This document shows positions 18,685 to 29,278 of a DNA stretch of 64,000 bases, piece by piece. Numbering within the stretch: the stretch's first letter is position 1; each line of letters begins with the position of its first letter. The translations under genes and the position numbers were made by a program. The notes under the pieces are model-generated. The model worked only from the letters and a program-made list of their open reading frames with translations. It was not told where the DNA came from and ran no database searches. Source of the DNA: an uncultured bacterium (GTDB taxonomy: Bacteria; Oederibacteriota; Oederibacteriia; Oederibacteriales; Oederibacteriaceae); the NCBI GenBank assembly GCA_965112635.1, contig OZ218778.1, forward strand, positions 384,001 to 448,000, in the 5' to 3' direction.

Positions 18685-21371
18685 TTTTTGGCCTCGGTGA
18701 TAGGTTGGCTGGAAGACAGAGGCAGGCTCACTTCAAAAACCGCCCCTCCTGCGGGTTTATTGTCCACTTTGATGGTCCCTTGGTGGATATCCATAATGGC
18801 TTTGCAGATGGCCAGGCCCAGCCCGGCCCCGCCTTTATTGGCCTGCCTTTTCCCTCTGTAGAACTTGTCGAATAAATGTTCTATATCCTCCGGGGCGATC
18901 CCCGGTCCCTTGTCCGCCACCCGCAGGATCAGGCTGTCCTTTTCCACAGAGGCTGACAGGTCGATGCCTGTTTTTTCGGGGGTGTATTTGAGCGCGTTGT
19001 CCACCAGGTTGGCGATCACCAGCTCCATGAGCAAGGCATCCATCGGAGCCATGGGAAGGTCGGCTGGTATATGGGTGGTCACGTTGCGTCCCGTCATTTT
19101 TTGGTCGAACCGGCTCAGGGCTGACCCAACCACTTCTTCCACGGGACGCGGCTCCTTGTGGACTTCGACTTTGCCGGATTCCAGGCGGGTCATATCCAGG
19201 AGATTGTTGACCATCCGGCTCAGGCGTTCCGTTTCCTCATAAATATTTTCCAAAAGGTCTTTCCGGCTGCCGGCGTCAAGGCTGTCCCAGTTATCCAGGA
19301 GACTGCTGGCCGACCCGGTGATGGCTGCCAGGGGCGTCCGCAGGTCGTGGGAGACCGAGCTTAAAAGCGAACTGCGCAGCTGTTCGGTCTCGATCTGGAT
19401 CTGGTTTTGCTGGTTTTTCTCCGCCAGCTGGTCGCCAGCCACCGCTAGGGCTGTCTGGTGCGCAAAAGCCTCCAGCAAATGGAGCTGCTCGGGAATGTTC
19501 ATCCTCTCCGGATTAAGCGGTTTGACTCCTAGGACACCTACCGGTTCGCCCGTGGCGACGAGGGGCACATAGAGGGCTTCGGTCCCGGGCAGGGTATCGG
19601 TCCCCTTGCCGGCGATTTGCCCCAGGTCAAAGACCCAGTGGGCCACGGCCATTTCCTTGGGCGACTGGCTGAAATCGTCCGCCAGCCCCGCGCGCACCTG
19701 CAGCCGTCCGTCCGGCCCGGGCAGAAAGGCCGCCACCGAACTTTCAAAGACCTCGGCGATCTGCTTGACGGCGATCCCCAGCAGGTCGTCTGTCCCGCGG
19801 TTGATGGCCAGTTCCCGGCTCAACCCGTAAAGGGCGTTGGTCCGGCGTTCCCGCAGCCGCGAGATCTCGGCCTGGCGCCTGACCCGGATGGTGAGGTTGC
19901 TGATGGACAGCGCTGTGAACAGCATCACGCTGAACAGGAATAAATACTGATAATCGGAAACTGCAAAAGAAAACCGCGGGGCCACAAAAAAATAATCAAA
20001 ACACAGGACGCTCAGGACAGAGCCGACCGCCGAGGCTCCGATGCCCTCCCGGGAAGAAAGCAGGAGCACGCCCAGGAAGTAAACCATGATGATATTGGCC
20101 TGCGCCACATAGGGAAAGATCAGGTCGGCGATAAAAGTACAGGCCGCCACCACCAGCACGGCATAGAAATAGGAGGGCCAGGCAAACTTGATCTTGGGCC
20201 TATGAAATAAGGGTTTTTTGATCTTGCCCGTGGGATCTCCCCGGGTGGCATAGACGTCGATCTCTCCGCTTTGCCTCAGCAAATGGTCCACCGGCGAGCT
20301 GACGAACAGCCTTTTTAGAAAAGAATCCCTGGGTTTGCCCACGAAGATCTTGGTGATGTTCCTTTCGCGGGCATAGTTCATGACCTCTTCCGTGAAATCA
20401 TTCCCGCTCAGGACCGCGGTCTCGGCCCCCAGCTGCTCGGCCAGGCGCAGGTGCTGGATGGCCTGGTTGCGCACATTTTCCGGCAAACGGCTCTGGCCGG
20501 GCGTCTCAATATAAACCGCGATCCACTCGGCCCGCAGGCTTTTGGCCATCCGGTGGGCTGACCGCACCAAGTTGGCCGCGGAAGCGCTGGGGCTGACGCA
20601 TACCAGCAGGCGTTCGGTGGTGGGCCAGGTCTTGCCGGCCGATTCTTCCCGGCGGATATCCTGGACCTGGCGGTTGACCCGGTCCGCGGTCATGCGCAAA
20701 GCCAGTTCGCGCAATGCGGTCAGGTTACCTATTTTAAAAAAATTCTGGATGGCGGCCCTGGCCTGTTCGGGAATATAAACTTTGCCTTCCTGCAGCCGCT
20801 TGAGCAGTTCCTCAGGCGCCAGATCCACCAGTTCCAGTTCATCGGCCTGCTCTACCACCTTGTCCGGCAGGGTCTCCTTGACCTGGACGCCCGTGATCTG
20901 GGCCACAATGTCGTTGATGCTTTCCAGGTGCTGGACGTTGAGGGTGGTATAAACATGGATGCCGTTATCGAGCAGTTCCTGGACATCCTGCCAGCGTTTG
21001 ACATGGCGGGAGCCCTGGACATTGGTATGGGCCAGTTCATCGACCAGGATCAGGCCGGGCCGGCGCTTTAGGGCCCCGTCCAGGTCGAACTCCTTGAGTT
21101 TAAGACCGCGGTATTCTGTTTCCACCAGAGGCAGGGTCACGAGCCCCTCCAGGAGCGCGGCCGTATCCTGCCTGTTGTGGGTCTCTACGACCCCCACCAG
21201 GACGTCGGCCCCCTCTTTCTTTTTAGCCCGGGCCGCTTCCAGCATGGAATAGGTCTTGCCCACACCCGGCGAGGCGCCGAAAAATATCTTCAGCTGGCCG
21301 CGGGACTGGTCCTTTTGCTCCCGTTCCAGAGCTGCCAACAGCTGGTCAGGATCAGGTCGGTTTTCTTTCAT
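18681..21371 (-). CDS. kdpD: sensor histidine kinase KdpD
   Basis: GASPGVGKTY, VDELAHTN, KRWQDV, USP domain, 4 TM, SHDLRTPL, GLGLAIC. Confidence 0.97.
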   Translation of the reverse strand: MKENRPDPDQLLAALEREQKDQSRGQLKIFFGASPGVGKTYSMLEAARAKKKEGADVLVGVVETHNRQDTAALLEGLVTLPLVETEYRGLKLKEFDLDGALKRRPGLILVDELAHTNVQGSRHVKRWQDVQELLDNGIHVYTTLNVQHLESINDIVAQITGVQVKETLPDKVVEQADELELVDLAPEELLKRLQEGKVYIPEQARAAIQNFFKIGNLTALRELALRMTADRVNRQVQDIRREESAGKTWPTTERLLVCVSPSASAANLVRSAHRMAKSLRAEWIAVYIETPGQSRLPENVRNQAIQHLRLAEQLGAETAVLSGNDFTEEVMNYARERNITKIFVGKPRDSFLKRLFVSSPVDHLLRQSGEIDVYATRGDPTGKIKKPLFHRPKIKFAWPSYFYAVLVVAACTFIADLIFPYVAQANIIMVYFLGVLLLSSREGIGASAVGSVLSVLCFDYFFVAPRFSFAVSDYQYLFLFSVMLFTALSISNLTIRVRRQAEISRLRERRTNALYGLSRELAINRGTDDLLGIAVKQIAEVFESSVAAFLPGPDGRLQVRAGLADDFSQSPKEMAVAHWVFDLGQIAGKGTDTLPGTEALYVPLVATGEPVGVLGVKPLNPERMNIPEQLHLLEAFAHQTALAVAGDQLAEKNQQNQIQIETEQLRSSLLSSVSHDLRTPLAAITGSASSLLDNWDSLDAGSRKDLLENIYEETERLSRMVNNLLDMTRLESGKVEVHKEPRPVEEVVGSALSRFDQKMTGRNVTTHIPADLPMAPMDALLMELVIANLVDNALKYTPEKTGIDLSASVEKDSLILRVADKGPGIAPEDIEHLFDKFYRGKRQANKGGAGLGLAICKAIMDIHQGTIKVDNKPAGGAVFEVSLPLSSSQPITEAKK

Positions 21372-21982
21372 GGATTAATCCTGCTTTCACCCTGTTCCGG
21401 ATTTTGGATGTTGTCCAAAGCCAGGTTCAAAGTTAACACATTTACCCTGTCCTCACCTAGGAAACCCCAGGTCCTTTTTTCGGTATATTTACGGATCAAA
21501 TACTCCACTAATTTTACATCCATTTTTCTCGCTTTGGCCACGCGCCCGGCCTGGAACCTGGCTGCTTCCGGGCTGATCTGGGGGTCCAAACCGCTGCCGG
21601 ACGCAGTGACCAGGTCTATGGGTATAGGCGCTTGGTTCCGGGGGTCCAGACGCTGCAGAGCCTGGACCCTGTCCTTGACTGCCTTGGCCAGATCAGGGTT
21701 CAAGGGCCCCAGGTTGGAACCGCTAGAATTAGCGGTATTATATGGAAAAGGAGAGGTGGCTGACATCCGTCCCCAGAAATACTTTGGCCCGCTGAAATCC
21801 TGGCCCAGCAGCTCTGAACCGACCTTCTGCCCGTTGTTTACCAGCAAACTGCCCTCGGCCTGCCAGGGGAAGAATGCCTTTCCCGCCAGCCACACGGCCC
21901 CGGGATAAACCACCCCGCACAAGATGGAAAACAGTACCAAAAAGATCAAACTTGTTTTGGAAAGTCTGTAGATCATCAACAT
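21368..21982 (-). CDS. kdpC: K+-transporting ATPase subunit C
   Basis: GSELLGQDF, SSGSNLGP, VTASGSGLDP, VNVLTLNLALD. Confidence 0.96.
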   Translation of the reverse strand: MLMIYRLSKTSLIFLVLFSILCGVVYPGAVWLAGKAFFPWQAEGSLLVNNGQKVGSELLGQDFSGPKYFWGRMSATSPFPYNTANSSGSNLGPLNPDLAKAVKDRVQALQRLDPRNQAPIPIDLVTASGSGLDPQISPEAARFQAGRVAKARKMDVKLVEYLIRKYTEKRTWGFLGEDRVNVLTLNLALDNIQNPEQGESRINP

Positions 21983-21994
21983 ATTAGCTTCCTC

Positions 21995-24067
21995 TCAAAC
22001 GAGTTTAAACCAGGTCAGGATCAGGTCTATAGCTTTGATCCCGGCAAAAGGCACGACAAACCCGCCCAGCCCATAAATTAAAAAATTGGTCCAGAGCAGG
22101 GAAGACGCGGTCGCCGGCCGGTAACGCACGCCCCGCAAAGCCAGGGGGATCAAAAACACAATGATCAGGGCGTTGAAGATGACCGCGGACATGATAGCGC
22201 TCTGGGGCGTGTGGAGACGCATGATATTCAGCGCCTGCAGCTCGGGGTAGGTCGTGACAAAAGCCGCGGGGATGATCGCGAAATACTTGGATACGTCATT
22301 GGCAATGGAAAAGGTGGTCAGAGAGCCACGCGTGATCAGGAGCTGCTTGCCTATCTTGACGATCTCGATCAGCTTGGTGGGGTTGGAATCCAGGTCCACC
22401 ATGTTACCCGCTTCTTTGGCGGCCTGGGTGCCCGTGTTCATGGCCACCGCCACGTCCGCCTGTGCCAGGGCCGGCGCGTCATTGGTCCCGTCCCCGGCCA
22501 TGGCCACCAGCCGGCCTCCGGCCTGGGAATCCCTGATCAGTTTAAGTTTGGCTTCCGGAGTGGCCTCGGCCAAAAAATCGTCCACCCCGGCCTCCGCCGC
22601 GATGGCCGCCGCGGTCAGGGGGTTGTCTCCCGTGATCATGACCGTTTTGATGCCCATACGCCGCAGCTCGGCGAACCGTTCCCTGATCCCGCCCTTCACG
22701 ATATCCTTGAGATGGATCACGCCCAGAACCTTATTATCCCTGGCCACCACTAAAGGCGTGCCACCCGACCGGGCGATGGTCATGGCCTGGGCCTTAACCT
22801 CGGCCGGGAATTCGCCTCCCTGCTGGCGCACAAAGATTTCAATGGCCTCGACCGCCCCCTTGCGCACGCTTTGGCCACCCAGGTTGATCCCGCTCATCCG
22901 GGTCTGGGCCGTAAAGGGTACAAAGGTGGCGTTGGTTTCTTTTATCTCTCTCTGGCGCAGCCCGTACTTTTCCTTGGCCAGGACCACAATACTGCGGCCC
23001 TCCGGCGTTTCATCCGCCAGCGAGGAAAGCTGGACTTCCTCAGCCAGGTTATTGATGGAGACACCCGGCGCGGGAATGAACTCCGTGGCCTGCCGGTTGC
23101 CCAGGGTGATGGTGCCGGTCTTGTCCAAAAGCAGGACATCCACATCTCCGGACGCTTCCACGGCCCGGCCCGACATGGCGATCACATTGGCCTGGATCAG
23201 CCGGTCCATGCCGGCAATGCCGATGGCGGATAAAAGCCCCCCGATGGTCGTAGGCGCCAAACACACAAAAAGGGCCACCAGTACGGTGACCGTGACAGTC
23301 TTGCCCGTTCCTGCCGAAAGCACGCTATAAATGGAAAAAGGAAGCAGGGTTGCGCAAACGATCAGGAAAACAATGGTCAAACCGGCCAAAAGGATGTTCA
23401 GAGCTATCTCATTGGGTGTTTTTTGCCTTTTGGCCCCTTCCACCAGGGAGATCATGCGGTCCAAAAACCCTTCCCCAGGGTCCGCGGTCACCCGAATGAC
23501 CAGCCAGTCGGACAGGATTCTGGTGCCGCCCGTGACCGCGCTGCGGTCCCCCCCGCTTTCCCGGATGACCGGAGCGCTCTCGCCGGTTACGGCGCTTTCG
23601 TCCACCATGGCGATCCCTTCCACGGCCTCGCCGTCAGCCGGGATCACTTCGCCGGCCTGCACCAAAACCCAGTCCCCTTTGCGCAGTTCTCCGGAAAGCA
23701 CGTCCGTAAAAGCCGCCTCTTTGTCCGGGCTCTTGAGTTTTTTGGAATGGATCACCTGCCGGGTCTGGCGCAGGGTCTCGGCCTGGGCCTTGCCCCGGCC
23801 TTCAGCCATGGCCTCGGCGAAGTTGGCGAACAGCACCGTGAACCACAGCCACACGGCCACGGCCAAGATAAACCCGGCTCCGGCCTCTCCCCTGCCCATC
23901 AACGCCTGGCAGCCCAGCCCGGTCGTTAAAAAACTTCCCACATAAACCGTGAACATCACCGGATTGCGCATCATGTTGCGGGGAGCCAGCTTAAGGAACG
24001 AATCCACCATTGCTTTTTTTAGTATCTGGGTATGAAAAATTTTAACTTTGGTCTGTTTTTCCGTCAT
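21995..24067 (-). CDS. kdpB: K+-transporting ATPase subunit B
   Basis: [21 protein letters not shown]. Confidence 0.98.
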   Translation of the reverse strand: MTEKQTKVKIFHTQILKKAMVDSFLKLAPRNMMRNPVMFTVYVGSFLTTGLGCQALMGRGEAGAGFILAVAVWLWFTVLFANFAEAMAEGRGKAQAETLRQTRQVIHSKKLKSPDKEAAFTDVLSGELRKGDWVLVQAGEVIPADGEAVEGIAMVDESAVTGESAPVIRESGGDRSAVTGGTRILSDWLVIRVTADPGEGFLDRMISLVEGAKRQKTPNEIALNILLAGLTIVFLIVCATLLPFSIYSVLSAGTGKTVTVTVLVALFVCLAPTTIGGLLSAIGIAGMDRLIQANVIAMSGRAVEASGDVDVLLLDKTGTITLGNRQATEFIPAPGVSINNLAEEVQLSSLADETPEGRSIVVLAKEKYGLRQREIKETNATFVPFTAQTRMSGINLGGQSVRKGAVEAIEIFVRQQGGEFPAEVKAQAMTIARSGGTPLVVARDNKVLGVIHLKDIVKGGIRERFAELRRMGIKTVMITGDNPLTAAAIAAEAGVDDFLAEATPEAKLKLIRDSQAGGRLVAMAGDGTNDAPALAQADVAVAMNTGTQAAKEAGNMVDLDSNPTKLIEIVKIGKQLLITRGSLTTFSIANDVSKYFAIIPAAFVTTYPELQALNIMRLHTPQSAIMSAVIFNALIIVFLIPLALRGVRYRPATASSLLWTNFLIYGLGGFVVPFAGIKAIDLILTWFKLV

Positions 24068-25875
24068 GGTTTAAACCCGCCTCCCTGGAGCGCGATCATT
24101 TTAAGATGCTCGATCACGGGCCCTAACACCAGGGCCGGGATAAAGGTCAGGGCACCCACGATCACGACCACACAGGCCAGCATCAGGATGAACAGCGGAG
24201 TATGGGTGGGCAGGGTCCCGGAACTGGAGGGCACGATCTTTTTGGCGGCCAGGCTCCCGCTGATGGCCAGCACCGGAAGGGCCATCCAGAACCGGCCCAG
24301 CCACATGGCCACGCCTCCCAGAAAATTGTAAAAATAAGTGTTTCCGTTGAGCCCGGCGAAAGCGCTGCCGTTATTATTGACCATGGAAGTGAAAGCGTAC
24401 AGGACCTGGCTGAAGCCATGCGGCCCGGGATTGGTCATCCCCGCCCTGCCCGCTGCCGTGATCACCCCGATCGCGGTATAGACCAGTACGAGCACAGGCA
24501 TGATCAGGATAGCCACGGTCGCCATTTTCATCTCATAGGCCTGGATCTTTTTACCCAGGTATTCGGGGGTGCGGCCGACCATCAGGCCGGCGATGAACAC
24601 GGTCAGGATCACGAAAACCAGCATGCCGTACAAACCACACCCCACCCCGCCGAACACCACCTCTCCCATATGCATCATCCACAGGGGCACCAATCCGCCC
24701 AGCGGTGTATAGGAATCATGCATGGCGTTGACAGCGCCGCAGGAGGTCGTGGTGGTGAATGTGGTGAACAGGCAGGAACCTACGATGCCAAAACGCGTTT
24801 CTTTGCCTTCCATATTGGGCACGGACTGGGAACTAGACACCAGGTTCTGCAGGACCGGATTGCCCCGCTGTTCAGACCAGACACACAGTAAAAGCATGGG
24901 AATAAAAAGGAGGAACATGGCTAAAAGCAAGGCCCGGCCCTGGCGCCTGTCCCCTACCATATCCCCAAAGGTAAAACACAGGGCGGTGGGGATCAACACC
25001 AAAGACAAAATTTCTAAGAAATTGGAAAGCGGTGTGGGATTTTCATAAGGGTGGGCTGAATTGGTATTAAAAAACCCGCCTCCATTGGTACCCAACAATT
25101 TGATCGCTTCCTGGGAAGCGACCGGTCCAAGGGGCACGGCCTGCTCCTTGACCAAAACTTTTTCCATTTTAGGTTTCCCCTGTTTGTCCAAGACCGGAGC
25201 CCCGGCCCCGTCCACCACTGCCTGGTCATAGGTGTTAGGTTGGAGCAAAGAAACCTTTTGGTAGGGTTTAAAGCTTTGGGGCACTCCCTGCCAGATGAGG
25301 ATCCCCGAGTATATGAAAGAAAGCGGCAGGAGGATGTACAGGGTGATCTTCATCATATCGACCCAATAATTCCCCACTTTGTCTGTCTGCTTGCGGGTCA
25401 GCCCCCGGATCAGGGCCAGCAGTACGGCGATGCCCGTGGCCGCCGACAAAAAGTTGTGCACCGCCAGGCCCAGCATCTGGGTCAAATAACTCATGGTCGT
25501 TTCCCCGCCGTAATTTTGCCAGTTGGTATTGGTGATAAAGCTCACGGCCGTATTAAAAGAAAGGTCACCGGCCACGGCTGGAAAATGCTGGGGATTCAAG
25601 GGGAGCCAGGCCTGGCACCGTTCCAAAAAGTAGATGATGAGCCCGCCCAGAGCGCTGAACAACAGCATGGACAGGCCGTATTCTTTCCAATCCATTTCCT
25701 CGTCAGGACGTATGCCGGCCAGACGGTAAAAGGACCTTTCCAGCGGACCCATCCATTTTTCCAGAAAGAACGGCTTCTCTCCAAAGACCCGGGCCATATA
25801 CCAGCCTAAAGGTTTGGCTGCGAGAACTAAAATAAAAATAAAAAAACTGATCTGTAGCAACTGATTGCTATTCAT
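24064..25875 (-). CDS. kdpA: K+-transporting ATPase subunit A
   Basis: [35 protein letters not shown]. The start ATG overlaps the kdpF stop. Confidence 0.97.
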   Translation of the reverse strand: MNSNQLLQISFFIFILVLAAKPLGWYMARVFGEKPFFLEKWMGPLERSFYRLAGIRPDEEMDWKEYGLSMLLFSALGGLIIYFLERCQAWLPLNPQHFPAVAGDLSFNTAVSFITNTNWQNYGGETTMSYLTQMLGLAVHNFLSAATGIAVLLALIRGLTRKQTDKVGNYWVDMMKITLYILLPLSFIYSGILIWQGVPQSFKPYQKVSLLQPNTYDQAVVDGAGAPVLDKQGKPKMEKVLVKEQAVPLGPVASQEAIKLLGTNGGGFFNTNSAHPYENPTPLSNFLEILSLVLIPTALCFTFGDMVGDRRQGRALLLAMFLLFIPMLLLCVWSEQRGNPVLQNLVSSSQSVPNMEGKETRFGIVGSCLFTTFTTTTSCGAVNAMHDSYTPLGGLVPLWMMHMGEVVFGGVGCGLYGMLVFVILTVFIAGLMVGRTPEYLGKKIQAYEMKMATVAILIMPVLVLVYTAIGVITAAGRAGMTNPGPHGFSQVLYAFTSMVNNNGSAFAGLNGNTYFYNFLGGVAMWLGRFWMALPVLAISGSLAAKKIVPSSSGTLPTHTPLFILMLACVVVIVGALTFIPALVLGPVIEHLKMIALQGGGFKP

Positions 25876-25964
25876 CAGAACCACTCCGGTTTTAACAAGG
25901 CCAGCACCAGATAAGCGAACAAACCAGCCGCAATGAGACCGCTGATGATATATAGAAGGCTCAT
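25875..25964 (-). CDS. kdpF: K+-transporting ATPase subunit F (29 aa)
   Basis: Manual translation MSLLYIISGLIAAGLFAYLVLALLKPEWF: the YL..AL.KPE.F KdpF signature. Coupled to kdpA. Confidence 0.92.
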   Translation of the reverse strand: MSLLYIISGLIAAGLFAYLVLALLKPEWF

Positions 25965-26059
25965 GACTCTTCTCCCCTCAAAACTCCGAAAGCTTCCAGC
26001 ACCAGCACCGTCACAGCCGTCAACCCTAGGAAAAGGACAACGCAGATCAAATCCAGCAT
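25961..26059 (-). CDS. small single-TM protein upstream of kdpF (32 aa)
   Basis: MLDLICVVLFLGLTAVTVLVLEAFGVLRGEES, GGGAG RBS, ATGA overlap with kdpF. Confidence 0.7.
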   Translation of the reverse strand: MLDLICVVLFLGLTAVTVLVLEAFGVLRGEES

Positions 26060-26081
26060 AAACTCTCCCGTTCTTTCCCCA

Positions 26082-26228
26082 TTAACTGGGCTTGGTTAGT
26101 ATCCTGACCAGAACCAGAGTGCAAACAACGACTATAAGAACCTCGATTTTGGATGCGCCCCCGCCTTGGTCTTGAACATCGGCTAACACGGGTGGTACTA
26201 GCACCCACAAACCCATCAACATCGTCAT
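26082..26228 (-). CDS. small membrane protein, first ORF of the kdp operon (48 aa)
   Basis: MTMLMGLWVLVPPVLADVQDQGGGASKIEVLIVVVCTLVLVRILTKPS with a purine-rich RBS (GAGAGGG). Confidence 0.5.
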   Translation of the reverse strand: MTMLMGLWVLVPPVLADVQDQGGGASKIEVLIVVVCTLVLVRILTKPS

Positions 26229-26270
26229 AACACCCTCTCTCTTTCTGTACCTATTTAACATCTATCAGGC

Positions 26271-26286
26271 ATTAAGATGCTGTTAA
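26271..26286 (-). promoter_or_regulatory. putative KdpE binding box upstream of the kdp operon
   Basis: Minus strand TTAACAGCATCTTAAT: a direct repeat with 11-bp period, typical of OmpR-family sites. Confidence 0.6.
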
Positions 26287-26374
26287 AATTAACGGGAAAA
26301 TGGAAAAAATGCTTCAAAATGGGGCAGGTTTTTTATGGTAAAATGACCGAATTCTATATCACAGGAGGATATTC

Positions 26375-27049
26375 ATGGCTCGCTTCACCAGGCTCCAGGT
26401 CTTGAACACCATGCATGAAACCGGTTTGGTCCCTGTTTTCTATCATAAGGATCCCCAGGTGGTCAAAGAAGTGGCTAAAGCCTGCTTTAAAGGCGGCTCT
26501 CCCCTCCTGGAATTTACCAACCGTGCTGACCTGGCCTACCTCAACTTCGTGGAACTAGAAAAATACTGCGCTGCTGAACTACCCGGTCTGATCACGGGTG
26601 TGGGGTCCGTGGTGGACGCCGGAACAGCGGCCCTCTATATCAACAGCGGCGCCAATTTTGTGGTGGGCCCGGTCTTGAACCCTGACGTGGCTAAAACCTG
26701 CAACCGCCGCAAAGTCCCCTACTCACCCGGCTGCGGTTCGGTGAGCGAAATATCCCAGGCTGAGGAATGGGGCTGCGAGATCGTCAAGATATTCCCGGGC
26801 AAGGAAGTCGGCGGCCCCAGCTTTGTCAAAGCCGTCAAGGCTCCCTGCCCCTGGACCACCCTCATGCCCACGGGAGGGGTGGACATTACCGAGGAATCTT
26901 TGTCCGCCTGGTTTCAGGCCGGCGTGGCCTGCGTGGGAGTGGGCGGCAACCTCATCACCAAAGAACTTTTGGCCAAAAAAGACTATAGTGGCATCAGCCG
27001 CAACGTGGAAAAAGCTTTGAAGCTCATCAAGAAAGTAAGGGGCCGCTAG
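26375..27049 (+). CDS. eda: KHG/KDPG aldolase
   Basis: LEFTNR, GVGSVVD, VKIFPG, MPTGGV. Confidence 0.9.
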   Translation: MARFTRLQVLNTMHETGLVPVFYHKDPQVVKEVAKACFKGGSPLLEFTNRADLAYLNFVELEKYCAAELPGLITGVGSVVDAGTAALYINSGANFVVGPVLNPDVAKTCNRRKVPYSPGCGSVSEISQAEEWGCEIVKIFPGKEVGGPSFVKAVKAPCPWTTLMPTGGVDITEESLSAWFQAGVACVGVGGNLITKELLAKKDYSGISRNVEKALKLIKKVRGR

Positions 27050-27053
27050 CCTT

Positions 27054-28445
27054 ATGGTCATCATCGACACCAGACTGCAACCTGCTGAGCTTTTACCCAA
27101 GATAAACAAACTCTGGGACCTGTCCGCCGCCAAGATCCTTTCTGTCGAAAAGACCTGCACCCCGGACAAAGGCTCGCCTGTTTTCACGGTCCTGGGCAGA
27201 TACACCGCCCTGAGCTGGACCGAATGGACCCAGGGTTTCCAATTCGGCTCCAGCCTGCTCCAATTTGACGCCACCAACGAGCGAAAATTTTTGGACATCG
27301 GCCGGGAAAAGACCTTTTCTTTGATGTCCAACCACCTGACCCACATGGGCGTCCACGACCACGGCTTCAACAATGTCAGCACCTACGGTAACCTTTGGCG
27401 CCTGATGGCTGAAGGCCGCCTGAAATACGATGCCTATGAAATGGAATTCTACAAACTGGCCTTGAAGTGCAGCGGCGCCGTGCAGGCCCGGCGCTGGAGC
27501 CGGACCGCCGACCCGGGAACCGGGGGTTTCATCTATTCTTTCAACGGGCCGCATTCTCTTTTTTCGGACACCATGCGCACGCTCCGGGCCCTCGCCTTGG
27601 CCCATCTTTTAGGCCAAACTTTGATGGAGGAGAACGACCATAAAATTTCCCTCCTGTTACGCCTGGTCCAGCACGCCAGCACCACGGCCAAATACGCGGT
27701 CTATTACGGCGAAGGCCGGGACGCCTACGACATCCGGGGCCGGGTGGCCCATGAAAGCCTTTTTAATCCCAATGACGGCAACTACCGCTGCGCTTCCACC
27801 CAGCAGGGCTACTCCCCTTTTACCACCTGGACCAGGGGCTTGGCCTGGGTCATGCTGGGTTTCGCTGAACAGCTGGAATTTCTTTCCATCCTGGAGGATA
27901 AGGAACTGAAACCTTTGGGGGGACGCAAAAACATCGAGGCCATGATGCTGAAAGCCTGCCAGGCTTCCTGTGATTTTTACCTGGCCAACACCCCCACGGA
28001 CGGCATTCCCTACTGGGACACCGGCGCTCCCGGTCTTATGCGCCTGGGTAACTACCTGAACAAACCCGCCGAACCTGTCAACCCCTACGAACCGGTGGAC
28101 AGCTCCGCGGCGGCCATTGGGGCCCAGGGCCTTTTACGGCTCGGCCGTTATCTTTCCAAAAAGGGCCGGAAAAAACAGGGACAGACCTACTGGCAGGCTG
28201 GCCTGACCGTGGCCCACACCCTGTTCCAAAAGCCCTATCTATCGACGCAGGCGTCCCACCAGGGCCTCATCCTGCATTCCATCTACCACCGGCCCCGCGG
28301 CTGGGACCATCAGCCCATCAAGAACCTCGCTCCCTACGGTGAATCCAGCATGTGGGGCGACTACCATGCCCGGGAACTGGCGCTCTATATCCAGCGCGCC
28401 GCCAAAAAACAAAAGGACTACACTTTTTTCGGGACAGGAGAATAG
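27054..28445 (+). CDS. glycoside hydrolase, GH88/unsaturated glucuronyl hydrolase-like (alpha/alpha)6 barrel
   Basis: WTEWTQGF, HDHGF, QQGYS..TTWTRGLAW, PYWD, DSSAAAI, MWGDY. Confidence 0.75.
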   Translation: MVIIDTRLQPAELLPKINKLWDLSAAKILSVEKTCTPDKGSPVFTVLGRYTALSWTEWTQGFQFGSSLLQFDATNERKFLDIGREKTFSLMSNHLTHMGVHDHGFNNVSTYGNLWRLMAEGRLKYDAYEMEFYKLALKCSGAVQARRWSRTADPGTGGFIYSFNGPHSLFSDTMRTLRALALAHLLGQTLMEENDHKISLLLRLVQHASTTAKYAVYYGEGRDAYDIRGRVAHESLFNPNDGNYRCASTQQGYSPFTTWTRGLAWVMLGFAEQLEFLSILEDKELKPLGGRKNIEAMMLKACQASCDFYLANTPTDGIPYWDTGAPGLMRLGNYLNKPAEPVNPYEPVDSSAAAIGAQGLLRLGRYLSKKGRKKQGQTYWQAGLTVAHTLFQKPYLSTQASHQGLILHSIYHRPRGWDHQPIKNLAPYGESSMWGDYHARELALYIQRAAKKQKDYTFFGTGE

Positions 28446-28446
28446 A

Positions 28447-29220
28447 ATGCAAAAAAAAGTAGCGTTGGTCACCGGGGCCAGCCAGGGGATCGGGCTGGGG
28501 ATAGCCCAAGGCCTGGCCAGGGAAAATTGCGACATCGTTATAGCCGACATCAAAAAAGAAAAGGACGCCGCCGAGGCCCTGGAAGGCCTGATCAGCCTGG
28601 GAGCGGACGTGCTCTATGTCCAGGCCGACATCAGCCGCACCAGGGAGCACGCCAAGATCCTCAAAACCATTGCCAAGGACTTTGGCAGGCTGGATGTTTT
28701 GGTCAACAACGCCGGGGTCTCTCCCAAGGTGCGCGAGGATGTCCTGCAGGCTTCGGAAAAAAGTTTTGACCGCCTGCTCACCGTCAACCTGCGCGGGCCG
28801 TATTTCCTGACCAAGGCCTGCGCCAACTGGATGATCAAACAGAAAAAAGCCGATGCTGACTTTAAAGGCTGCATCATCAACATCTCCTCGGTCTCGTCCT
28901 TTATGGCCTCCGTCAACCGGGGAGACTACTGCCTGTCCAAAGCCGCTGTTTCCATGGCCACCAAGCTCTGGGCCGTGCGTCTGGCTGAACACGCCATCCC
29001 GGTCTACGAGGTCCAGCCCGGCATCATCCGGACGGCCATGACCGCAGGGGTCAAGGATAAATACGACAAGATGATCAAGGAAGGCCTGATGCTCCAGTCC
29101 CGTTGGGGCCTGCCTGAGGATGTGGGTAAGGCCGCGGCTATGCTCGTCCGGGGCGATCTCGCCTACTCCACCGGCCAGGTCATCAGGGTGGACGGCGGCA
29201 TGTCCGTGGAGAGACTGTAA
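28447..29220 (+). CDS. SDR family oxidoreductase (3-ketoacyl-ACP reductase-like)
   Basis: TGASQGIG, NNAG, YCLSK. Start refined to the ATG at 28447. Confidence 0.9.
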   Translation: MQKKVALVTGASQGIGLGIAQGLARENCDIVIADIKKEKDAAEALEGLISLGADVLYVQADISRTREHAKILKTIAKDFGRLDVLVNNAGVSPKVREDVLQASEKSFDRLLTVNLRGPYFLTKACANWMIKQKKADADFKGCIINISSVSSFMASVNRGDYCLSKAAVSMATKLWAVRLAEHAIPVYEVQPGIIRTAMTAGVKDKYDKMIKEGLMLQSRWGLPEDVGKAAAMLVRGDLAYSTGQVIRVDGGMSVERL

Positions 29221-29230
29221 AGGACCACTT

Positions 29231-29257
29231 TAGATTTCCCCCGAATAAATGGACACC
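29231..29257 (+). mobile_element. orphan IS3-family-like terminal inverted repeat
   Basis: TAGATTTCCCCCGAATAAATGGACACC fits the T(A/G)GA..CCCC......GACA pattern of IS2/IS3-family ends. No transposase seen. Confidence 0.35.
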
Positions 29258-29278
29258 CGCCCGGTAAGCCGCGTGAAT

